A DNA stretch of 64,000 nt from Bradymonadia bacterium. Lineage in GTDB: Bacteria > Myxococcota_A > Bradymonadia > UBA7976 > UBA1532. Under the pieces are notes generated by a model, which ran no database searches, had not been told where the DNA came from, and saw only the letters and a list, made by a program, of their open reading frames with translations. Shown here in pieces: positions 38,651-46,587 of this stretch. The position numbers were made by a program, and so were the translations under genes. Position 1 is the stretch's first letter. The number at the start of each line of letters is the position of its first letter. The DNA lies in assembly GCA_046290225.1 (NCBI GenBank), contig JBKAGE010000042.1:1-64000 (forward strand). The letters run 5' to 3'.

Positions 38651-39568
38651 ATGAAACCGTTCGTATTCGACATGGAGACGGGGGATCCCGACGACTTCCT
38701 GACGTTGGCGCTGCTGGCGGGCCACCCCGAGGTGGATTTACGCGGCGTGACCATCACACCGGGTACACCTCACCAGGTGGGGCTCGTTCGCTGGTTTTTG
38801 GATCATGTGGATCTGGGCCACCTGCCTGTAGGCGCTTTCGACATCGACCACATGTCGAGGCGCTCAGGGCAGTACGAGAAGTGCGTGTCCGCCTGGCACT
38901 ATCGCACCTTCGGTGAGATCTCCCCGAGCCATGATGCCGAGACTGGATCTGCGGTGCTGGAGAGCGTCGGTCCCAATGTGGATCTCGTCACGGGGGCTGC
39001 GCTCAAGAACCTGGGCCGCTTTTACAGGCTGAATGACACCTCCTGGCCGGGCCCCCTGACGATTCAGGGCGGCTTTGCTGGAGACAATGTGGTGCCTCCA
39101 GAGCTGCGGCTGGAAAAGTTCGACGGCCGGCTGACCTGCCCGACGTTCAACCTCAATGGCGACGTGGCATCGGCCAGGCTGGTTTTCGAACGGGCAGGGG
39201 CTCATCCGACCCGCATGGTCTCGAAGAATGTGTGCCATGGCGTGATCTACGACCAGCACATGCACGATGAGCTTCGTGCCATGGCCGAGGCATCGGGCGG
39301 CCCTCACCTGGGCATGCAGTGGGTGTTCCGAGGCATGGAGTCGTATCTCTCGCGCCGCCCGGAGGGGAAGAAGTTCCACGATCCGCTGGCGGCCATGTGC
39401 GCCCTGCGGCCGGAGATCGGCACCTGGGTGCGGGGGATGCCCTACCGGGTCGAAGGGGGCCACTGGTCTGGTGAATGGGGGTTCGAGCCAGATCCTGAAG
39501 GCCCGGTGGAGATCATCATCGATTACGACCGTGAGCTGTTCCTCGAAACCATGTTGGGGATCGGCTGA
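38651..39568 (+). CDS. Nucleoside hydrolase (IUNH-like), divergent
   Basis: N-terminal FDMETGDPDD (cf. DxDxGxDD), TFNL.GD, C-terminal FHDPLAA; RBS AGGAG. Confidence 0.82.
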   Translation: MKPFVFDMETGDPDDFLTLALLAGHPEVDLRGVTITPGTPHQVGLVRWFLDHVDLGHLPVGAFDIDHMSRRSGQYEKCVSAWHYRTFGEISPSHDAETGSAVLESVGPNVDLVTGAALKNLGRFYRLNDTSWPGPLTIQGGFAGDNVVPPELRLEKFDGRLTCPTFNLNGDVASARLVFERAGAHPTRMVSKNVCHGVIYDQHMHDELRAMAEASGGPHLGMQWVFRGMESYLSRRPEGKKFHDPLAAMCALRPEIGTWVRGMPYRVEGGHWSGEWGFEPDPEGPVEIIIDYDRELFLETMLGIG

Positions 39569-39586
39569 CGCTCAGCAGCGTCATAT

Positions 39587-39655
39587 CGCAACGCGCACAG
39601 GGGGCCGGTGAGTTTCATACGCTCAGCCGAGCAGGTTCGAGTCCTGCCGTTGCGA
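39587..39655 (+). tRNA. Non-canonical tRNA-like gene with CAT anticodon (Met/Ile2-like)
   Basis: Acceptor CGCAACG/CGTTGCG plus A, anticodon arm TGAGT-TTCATAC-GCTCA, T-arm GCAGG-TTCGAGT-CCTGC, shrunken D-arm GCAC-AGG-GGGC. Confidence 0.7.
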
Positions 39656-39722
39656 CCTCGGGCCCAGGCAGAAGGGCGGGTGCAGAGGATGGCCCGCCCC
39701 AACTTCGCCATGGGTCCATCAA

Positions 39723-39796
39723 CGGAGTGTAGCTCAGTCTGGTAGAGCAGCACGCTGGGGGCGTGAAGGTCGCAGGTTCAAATCCTGCCACTCCGA
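39723..39796 (+). tRNA. tRNA-Pro(GGG)
   Basis: CGGAGTG/CACTCCG acceptor, GCTC-AGTCTGGTA-GAGC D-arm, loop CTGGGGG, GCAGG-TTCAAAT-CCTGC T-arm; no encoded CCA. Confidence 0.92.
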
Positions 39797-39798
39797 CA

Positions 39799-40030
39799 GT
39801 GTTTTTTCAGAGCCTGCCCTTCGGGCGCTTCTGCGCTCCTACGCCCTACGGGCTCCGTCGGCTCCGAAGCGTCCGGCCTTAGGCCGGACAGGCTCGCGGG
39901 CTTACGCCCGCTGTTCTCTCTTGGGGTTTCTGTGGAGTTTGCCTTTGGGCGCTCCTATGGCCCTGTCGACTCTGAAGTGTTCGGCCTTAGGCCGGACAGG
40001 CTCGCGGGCTGGCGCCCGCCGTTCTTTCTC
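39799..40030. repeat. Two tandem copies (one intact, one degenerate) of multi-hairpin repeat family B
   Basis: 39799-39920 and about 39931-40030 share CGGCCTTAGGCCGGACAGGCTCGCGGGCT; homologous to the reverse complement of 2895-2989. Confidence 0.82.
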
Positions 40031-40049
40031 GACTCAATGCACGCATCTG

Positions 40050-40610
40050 TCAACGCGACAGCTTTCCAGCCCAGTTGGCGAAGCCGGCCATGTACTTCAC
40101 GAGCCGATCGTGCACCTGCTCGTCAGTGAGCACGCCGTCCGTGAACTTCGACCCTGCATTGCCCACCATGAACTCCGGCCAGGGGAACACCGCCGCCGCC
40201 ATCCCCAGCAGAATCGTCTTCATATGTTGTTGACCGCGGGCCCCACCCACTGGGCTGCCTGTCACCGAGAGCACGCCCACCGGCGTGTCGCGAAAGGGCG
40301 AGTGGTAGGCTGGGCGGCTCGCCCAGTCGACCGCGTTCTTGAGCACCCCCGGCACGCTGTAGTTGTACTCCGGCACCGCCAGCAACACCCCATCCGCTTC
40401 TGTGATCGCGCGCTTCAAACGCAACACGCTCTCTGGCACCTCGGGCAGGTCATCGTCGTAGAGCGGTATGTCGCGGTAATTGTAGATCTCCACCTTCACC
40501 CCCTCGGGGGCCACAGTCTGCGCGGCGCGCAGCAGAGCAGTGTTGAGGCTGGCGGCGCGAAAAGAGCCCGACAAGGCCAGGATCTTCAGGTCGGATTTGG
40601 GGGCAGACAT
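40050..40610 (-). CDS. NADPH-dependent FMN reductase
   Basis: GSFRAASLN, PEYNYSVPGVLKNAVDWASR, GGARGQ. Confidence 0.93.
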   Translation of the reverse strand: MSAPKSDLKILALSGSFRAASLNTALLRAAQTVAPEGVKVEIYNYRDIPLYDDDLPEVPESVLRLKRAITEADGVLLAVPEYNYSVPGVLKNAVDWASRPAYHSPFRDTPVGVLSVTGSPVGGARGQQHMKTILLGMAAAVFPWPEFMVGNAGSKFTDGVLTDEQVHDRLVKYMAGFANWAGKLSR

Positions 40611-40630
40611 GAGAGGGTGCTCCTTTTCTT

Positions 40631-41317
40631 TCAGGCCATGTCGAAGACGAGCACCTCAGCGCCGCCTTGAGTGGTGAGGTCGAGGGCCTCGGTCTCGGTG
40701 ATGGCCGCGCCGTCACCGATGCGCAACAGCTCGCCGTTCACCGTCACGCTGCCTTTGACCACCTGGACCCAAGCGCGGTTGCGTCGGATGTCGAGGTGCG
40801 CTGAGCCGTCTGCCTCCAGCAGACCGCGGTAGAGATCGACGTCCTGACCGATGGTGAGACTGCCTTCTCGTCCTTCAGGGCTCACCAGCAAGGTGAGGCC
40901 CTCTGCCTGGCCGAAGTCGTGATCCGCATACCCTGGTTTGGTCCCGATCTTCTCGGGCTGAATCCAGATCTGCATGAAGTGCACAGGCTCTTTCTGGCTG
41001 CCGTTCATCTCGCTGTGGCGAATGCCCCGACCTGCAGACATGACCTGGACCTCACCAGGGCGAATCACCCCACCAGAGCCAGTGCTGTCCTTGTGTGCCA
41101 GAGCCCCCTCGACCACATAGGAGATGATCTCCATGTCCCGATGGCCATGGGGGGGAAACCCGGCCCCGGGGGTGACCCGATCTTCGTTGATGACCCTCAG
41201 TGGGCCAAAGCCCATGAATCGCGGGTCGTAGTAGCTCCCGAAGCTGAAGGTGTGGCGGCTGTCGAGCCAGCCCATGTTCACCTGGCCCCGCTCTGCGCTG
41301 CGACGAATGCTGATCAT
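40631..41317 (-). CDS. Pirin-family protein (YhhW-like)
   Basis: SRHTFSFG.YYDP, LRVINED, HGHRDMEI, MSAGRGIRHSE, QIWI. Confidence 0.93.
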   Translation of the reverse strand: MISIRRSAERGQVNMGWLDSRHTFSFGSYYDPRFMGFGPLRVINEDRVTPGAGFPPHGHRDMEIISYVVEGALAHKDSTGSGGVIRPGEVQVMSAGRGIRHSEMNGSQKEPVHFMQIWIQPEKIGTKPGYADHDFGQAEGLTLLVSPEGREGSLTIGQDVDLYRGLLEADGSAHLDIRRNRAWVQVVKGSVTVNGELLRIGDGAAITETEALDLTTQGGAEVLVFDMA

Positions 41318-41340
41318 GGTGTCCTCCTCATACTGCTTTA

Positions 41341-41499
41341 GAGGTCCTAACAGAACAGCGGACCGAGCCAGGGGCGTGAGGTGCGAGTGAGACATCCAGA
41401 ACACCCGCAGGCGATGCTAAAGCATCGTCGAGGACGGTTTTGGATGTCTCGCGAAGTGCATCGCGGCTCTGGCGACGGGAGCTGTTTTGTTAGGACCTC
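41341..41499. mobile_element. MITE family A, 159 bp
   Basis: Perfect 12-bp TIR GAGGTCCTAACA/TGTTAGGACCTC flanked by TTA on both sides; inverted homologue at 63597-63755. Confidence 0.88.
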
Positions 41500-41565
41500 T
41501 TAGTGCTGTTGTCTTGCGATGAGATGAAGATAATCTTGCAACCTTGACCCAACAAGGCCCCGAAA

Positions 41566-41591
41566 TGCACGATGGGCTTGCATTTGTGCAA
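41566..41591. promoter_or_regulatory. Putative LysR operator (TGCA dyads)
   Basis: TGCAC-GATGGGC-TTGCATTTGTGCAA just upstream of the LysR gene in a divergent promoter region. Confidence 0.4.
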
Positions 41592-41610
41592 GACATGGAG
41601 CGAGTCACCA

Positions 41611-42471
41611 ATGGATGCGCTGAAGTGGGATGATCTGAGGGTATTTCTGGCCGTCGCGCGAGGAGGCACCCTCGCCTCGGCGGCAGAGGTCCTCGGGGTG
41701 AACCCGTCGACAGTCCATCGACGGATCGCCACGCTCGAAGCAGATCTTGAAGCCCAGCTCTTCGAGCGGGATCCACGAGGATACGCCCTCACAGGGGTGG
41801 GTGAAGCCCTGCTGCCCAAAGCTCACGAGGTGGAAGAGGCGATCCTGGCGGTTCGCCGTACGGCCACCGGACACGACCGCACAGCTCAAGGGCCAGTGAG
41901 CCTGACCCTGCCCGAGACCCTATTGCCCATCGTGGCGCCACAGCTCGCGGCGGTCCGAGAAGCCTGCCCCGGGCTCCGGCCGGTGCTCGTGGTCCGCGAC
42001 GCCATCCTCACCCTCGGGGCAGAGGCTGACGTGGCGCTCCGGCCGAGCAGCACACCACCCCCCTCGGCGGTGGGCCGCAAGCTCGGACGCATCGGATGGG
42101 CTGTCTATGGGCCTGCTCACGACGAGAACGAGCAGGAGTGGGTGACATACACCGATGATGCCGGGCCAGTGGCCACGATTCACTGGCGCCGCAAACACCA
42201 CGCCCATGTACCAGTGCTCATGGAGGTCTCCTCGGTTGGGGCGATGCACCGTGTGCTGTGCTGCACTCGAGCGCGAGGGCTGCTCCCCTGCTACCTCGGA
42301 GATCCCGAGCCCAAGCTCAGCCGCCGCTCCGAGGTGATCCCTGAAGCGAGCGTGGATCTGTGGTTGCTGATTCATGCTGACCTGCGTCGCTCCGCCCGCG
42401 TCAGGGCGCTGGTCGATCTGCTCACCCCCCGCCTGCAGGCCGCCGCGCCGCTTTTCTCGGGTGAGGTATGA
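41611..42471 (+). CDS. LysR-family transcriptional regulator
   Basis: WDDLRVFLAVARGGTLASAAEVLGVNPSTVHRRI..LE HTH; ADVALR. Confidence 0.95.
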   Translation: MDALKWDDLRVFLAVARGGTLASAAEVLGVNPSTVHRRIATLEADLEAQLFERDPRGYALTGVGEALLPKAHEVEEAILAVRRTATGHDRTAQGPVSLTLPETLLPIVAPQLAAVREACPGLRPVLVVRDAILTLGAEADVALRPSSTPPPSAVGRKLGRIGWAVYGPAHDENEQEWVTYTDDAGPVATIHWRRKHHAHVPVLMEVSSVGAMHRVLCCTRARGLLPCYLGDPEPKLSRRSEVIPEASVDLWLLIHADLRRSARVRALVDLLTPRLQAAAPLFSGEV

Positions 42472-43316
42472 CGCTCCACAAGCGCTTGCAACAGCCACTG
42501 GTTTCAGGGGAGCTGCCCTCAGAGGTGTTGAGCGCCCTGGGCCGGTGGCTCCTCCACCACACCCACCTTGAGCTCGCGGGCGAGCGCCTCGAGCTCGTGG
42601 AGATCGAGCTGTATGGATATGGCCCCGGGCACGCGGACCCATTCGCCCACCGACACCCGAGCCAGTCCACCGCCGGGCGCTGGTATCTGCACCGCACAGG
42701 CTCTGGTTTTCGCAGCGGGAGCTTCAAAGGCCTCGATCTGACCTTTGGCCCTTCAGACACATGGGGCGGCGTCCTGATTCGCGCCCTCCGGCTGCCCTCG
42801 GGGATGCTGGTGTCGGGGCCCTCTCTGTGTGTCGATCTCATCCTCGATCGGCTGGGGGTCGCTCACCCTCGAGATTTGCACGACATGATCTGGCCCCACC
42901 CCGTGGATGCTGCGGCTCAGCCGCTGCGTCTGGCCATACACGAGCCCACGACATGCCCAATCTGGTGGACGGCGAGGGTCGGGCTGACGCTGAAGCGTGC
43001 CGCCGATCATCCCACGATGCCCCACTGGCTGCTGAAGCCCTACCGCGCGCTCACCGCCCCTCGGGAGATCAAAAAGGGTCGGGTCTACCTCGTGGCAGCG
43101 CTGCTCCAAGCAGGTCAGGACGCAGCATCGATCTCTGCCCTGACAGGCAGCTCGAAGTCATCGATCCGAAAAGCAGAAGCGCTGCTCACCGCCGGCGTCG
43201 CCCTGGGCGGTGAAGTAAAGGCCTTCGAGAAGTTCATCGGGCAAGGATTGAGTGCAGTTGACCTGTACCAGATGCATGGTCTGTGGAAGGCGCTCTCAGT
43301 AAGGCGCTCTCAGTAA
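42468..43316 (+). CDS. 3-methyladenine DNA glycosylase (AAG/Mpg)-like protein
   Basis: LVEIELY..HADPFAH, GVLIRAL, GPS.CV, TARVGL motifs; overlaps the LysR stop. Confidence 0.55.
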   Translation: MTLHKRLQQPLVSGELPSEVLSALGRWLLHHTHLELAGERLELVEIELYGYGPGHADPFAHRHPSQSTAGRWYLHRTGSGFRSGSFKGLDLTFGPSDTWGGVLIRALRLPSGMLVSGPSLCVDLILDRLGVAHPRDLHDMIWPHPVDAAAQPLRLAIHEPTTCPIWWTARVGLTLKRAADHPTMPHWLLKPYRALTAPREIKKGRVYLVAALLQAGQDAASISALTGSSKSSIRKAEALLTAGVALGGEVKAFEKFIGQGLSAVDLYQMHGLWKALSVRRSQ

Positions 43317-44227
43317 GGGCTAGGGGCAAAGCGCTGAGCGGGGAACGGTGAGGGCTGGCCGGAGTAGTGCGGGTAGACCTGGATCCCCCGGCTGGAGAGG
43401 CCCTCGGCGTCATCATAGTAGATGCCGAGGATCTTGGCGGGGCGGCTCTTCCGGGCCCGCTTGAACTCCACCTCTACGACAGGGCTGTACTGGCTCTCGC
43501 CGTAGCGGGTGCCGATGTTGTTCCGGCTGGCGCCACCGTAGCCGCTGGCGGCACCGCTCCGGCGACTCTTCCGACGGGGCGTAGCCGTGGCGACGTCACC
43601 CATGGTGGCGTCCATGGCAGGTGCAGGCGCAGCCTCGGCAGCAGGGGCATCGTTATCCGCGAGGCCACCGACAGGGGCCTTCTGCTCTTCGCCCCGGAAG
43701 CCCCACCACGGGCGAGGAGAGGGCGGAGGCGCCACCTTGCCCAGGGGCATCCGGCGGGGACGCCTCTTCTTCTCGGGGAACACGGCGACGCCGATGACGC
43801 CCACGTGCTGAGGGGTGCCTCGCCGGCCGGAGTAGCTGTCGCCGGGGGAGGTGAACCGGAAGGCGGCCACATCGCTCAGGCTGCGCCGGAAGCCCTCGAT
43901 GACGATGCTGTCGTGGGGATCGATGAGGTAGCCCCGCTGGCGCTTGAAGTCACCGAGGTCGCCGCTGATGGCGTCACGGCCATCGACGGTGACCACGGCC
44001 TCGATCCGCCGACCCGTGTGGTTGGTCACCCGCACATTGTACCGATCACCGTGGGCGCCGAGCACATAGGTCGAGCCGTTGTGATAGTAGGTCGGCAGCG
44101 CACCACCATAAGGCCGCTCCAAGGTCACGCTGTAACCGTTGGCAGAGGCAGGCAGGCTGTTGGCGGAAGCGGTGGAGGCCATCAAGGCCGCCGCGGCGAA
44201 CATCAGCAGAGCGAGGGTGGGACGCAT
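43310..44227 (-). CDS. Secreted hypothetical protein
   Basis: Signal peptide; RIEAVVTVDGRDAISG, GFRRSL..VAAFRFT, VGVIGVAVF, GTRYGE. Confidence 0.85.
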   Translation of the reverse strand: MRPTLALLMFAAAALMASTASANSLPASANGYSVTLERPYGGALPTYYHNGSTYVLGAHGDRYNVRVTNHTGRRIEAVVTVDGRDAISGDLGDFKRQRGYLIDPHDSIVIEGFRRSLSDVAAFRFTSPGDSYSGRRGTPQHVGVIGVAVFPEKKRRPRRMPLGKVAPPPSPRPWWGFRGEEQKAPVGGLADNDAPAAEAAPAPAMDATMGDVATATPRRKSRRSGAASGYGGASRNNIGTRYGESQYSPVVEVEFKRARKSRPAKILGIYYDDAEGLSSRGIQVYPHYSGQPSPFPAQRFAPSPY

Positions 44228-44321
44228 GGGGCTTCTCCGTGTGGGCGACAGAGCGTGTTACGACCCCTATTCACGATGGATCTAAAAAAAGTGGATTTCT
44301 GATCCAATCAACAGCCTGGCC

Positions 44322-45851
44322 TCAGCCCAGAGTGAATTTGATCCCCTGAGCCAGCGGCAGATCGGTGCTGTAGTTGATGGTGTTGGTCTGGCGCCGCATG
44401 TACGCTTTCCAGGCGTCCGAGCCCGCCTCACGGCCTCCGCCTGTCTCTTTCTCACCACCAAAAGCGCCGCCGATCTCCGCCCCTGAGGTGCCGATGTTCA
44501 CGTTGGCGATGCCGCAGTCGCTGCCCTGAGCAGAGAGGAACCGCTCTGCGCGACGGAGATCAGTGGTGAAGAGCGCCGACGACAAGCCCTGGGGCACGTT
44601 GTTCTGAATGGCGATGGCCTCTTCGGGGGTGTCGAAGGCCATGATGTAGAGGATCGGCGCAAAGGTCTCCTGCTGCACCACGTCCCACTGAGGCTCGGCT
44701 TTGATCAGGGTGGGCTGCACGAAATGCCCCGGCCCGTCGATGACATCGCCGCCATAAAGCACCTCTCCGCCGAGCGCCCTGGCACGGGCCACAGCATCGC
44801 TGAACCGCGCCACAGCGGCGTCGTCGATGAGCGGACCCATCAGCGTGCCCGCCTCCAGCGGATCACCAATGCGCACCTGAGCGTATGCCTTCACCAGCAC
44901 ATCGCAGACCTCGTCGAGCCGGCTGCGATGTACGAGCAGGCGCCGAGTGGTGGTGCACCGCTGCCCCGCAGTACCCACAGCGCCAAAGACAGTGGCAGGG
45001 ATGGCGAGCGACAGATCAGCGGTCTCGTCGATGATGAGGGCGTTGTTGCCCCCGAGCTCGAGCAGGCTGCGGCCGAGTCGGCCCGCCACCTGAGCGGCGA
45101 CGGTCTTCCCCACGGCGGTGGATCCCGTGAACGACAGCAGCTTCACCCGCTCGTCGTGCACCAACCTCTGGCCCATGCTGGCGTCGCTGTCGGTGAGCAG
45201 GAAAAACGCCGGTGGAAATCCACCCTCGGCGAGGGCGTCCTCGACCAGCCGCTGCACGGCGATGGCGGTGAGCGGGGTCTTGGGCGAGGGCTTCCAGATG
45301 GTCACGTTCCCGCAGATGGCGGCGATGCAGGCGTTCCATGCCCAGACGGCCACGGGGAAGTTGAAGGCGGTGATCACGCCCACGATGCCGAGGGGGTGCC
45401 ACTGCTCGTACATGCGGTGCCCCGGGCGCTCGCTGTGCATGGTCTTGCCGTAGAGCATGCGGCTCTGACCCACGGCAAAGTCGGCGATGTCGATCATCTC
45501 CTGCACCTCGCCGAGGCCCTCCTGCTCGATCTTGCCGTTCTCGAGGGCCACGAGACGCCCGAGAGCCAGCTTGTTCTGTCGCAGTGCCTCTCCGATGAGC
45601 CGCACAGCCTCGCCACGCCGTGGGGCGGGCAACGCAGCCCAGGCGACGGCAGCCTCAGAGGCCCGGTCGATGACCTGGTCGTAGTGCCCTGCGGCGCTGG
45701 TCTGCACCTCGGCGATGACCTCACCGGTGGTGGGGCTGGTGCTGGCGAGGCAGGCGCCGCCCTCGGGCTCAGGGCTGCCGAGCCACTCGCCGCCGAGTGC
45801 GGTGCCGGGGTTGAGCGCAGAAAGGTTCAAAGCGGAGAGGACATTGTGCAT
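44322..45851 (-). CDS. Aldehyde dehydrogenase family 7 (piperideine-6-carboxylate dehydrogenase-like)
   Basis: [53 protein letters not shown]. Confidence 0.93.
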   Translation of the reverse strand: MHNVLSALNLSALNPGTALGGEWLGSPEPEGGACLASTSPTTGEVIAEVQTSAAGHYDQVIDRASEAAVAWAALPAPRRGEAVRLIGEALRQNKLALGRLVALENGKIEQEGLGEVQEMIDIADFAVGQSRMLYGKTMHSERPGHRMYEQWHPLGIVGVITAFNFPVAVWAWNACIAAICGNVTIWKPSPKTPLTAIAVQRLVEDALAEGGFPPAFFLLTDSDASMGQRLVHDERVKLLSFTGSTAVGKTVAAQVAGRLGRSLLELGGNNALIIDETADLSLAIPATVFGAVGTAGQRCTTTRRLLVHRSRLDEVCDVLVKAYAQVRIGDPLEAGTLMGPLIDDAAVARFSDAVARARALGGEVLYGGDVIDGPGHFVQPTLIKAEPQWDVVQQETFAPILYIMAFDTPEEAIAIQNNVPQGLSSALFTTDLRRAERFLSAQGSDCGIANVNIGTSGAEIGGAFGGEKETGGGREAGSDAWKAYMRRQTNTINYSTDLPLAQGIKFTLG

Positions 45852-45939
45852 GGGTGGCTCCCAGTGGGGTGATGCATGGGTCTTACCCACTGAGCCCTCT
45901 TGCTGCCAAGGGCAGATCGCTGCAGAGCCCACGAGGGCA

Positions 45940-46587
45940 TCACTCGCCTGGGGGGAGCCCTTTGATGAAGCCGAGCATCTGCTCGACGGTCTCGCGCCAG
46001 TTCTGCGCCCCGGTGCGCCCAGAAGATTTGCGGGGGACCAGGCTGTGATCTCCGTCTGTGATCCAGGCGATTTTCACCCGCTCGGCGAGGCCATAGCCGG
46101 CGATCTCTTCGGGCTTGCCGAAGGGGTCTCGGGTGCCCTGGCAAATGAAGATGGGTGGGCCGCTGCCACGCTGCAGGCCAACGATGCGATCGCCTGGGGG
46201 CTTGCCTGGGGCGTGGAACGGGAAGCCCAGGGCCATGACCCCGGCGCAGTCCCAGCCGATGTCGGCGATGTGCTGCGCCACCCTCGATCCCATCGACTTA
46301 CCCGCGAGCACGAGCCGATCTCTGGGCCCATCACCCACCACCTCGTCGATGACCGACTCGAAGTGCTTGACCAGCTTGGAAAAGCCGTTGGGCGGCCGCT
46401 TTTTGCCGTCGACGCGCCGCTGAGCCATGTACGGGAACTCGAAGCGCACCACCCGCACCCCACCGGCGGCGAGGCCTTCGGCCATGAACTGCATGAAGGG
46501 GGTGTCCATGGGGGCGCCGGCACCATGGGCCAGGATCACCGTCCACACATCAGGGCCTGCTGGTGGCCCATCGTAGATCAACGACAT
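45940..46587 (-). CDS. Alpha/beta hydrolase
   Basis: [36 protein letters not shown] overlap with spoVR. Confidence 0.9.
   Translation of the reverse strand: MSLIYDGPPAGPDVWTVILAHGAGAPMDTPFMQFMAEGLAAGGVRVVRFEFPYMAQRRVDGKKRPPNGFSKLVKHFESVIDEVVGDGPRDRLVLAGKSMGSRVAQHIADIGWDCAGVMALGFPFHAPGKPPGDRIVGLQRGSGPPIFICQGTRDPFGKPEEIAGYGLAERVKIAWITDGDHSLVPRKSSGRTGAQNWRETVEQMLGFIKGLPPGE

Noticed and set aside
39723..39796. tRNA-Pro as a prophage or island attachment site
   Set aside because: No integrase and no duplicated tRNA 3' end seen in the window.
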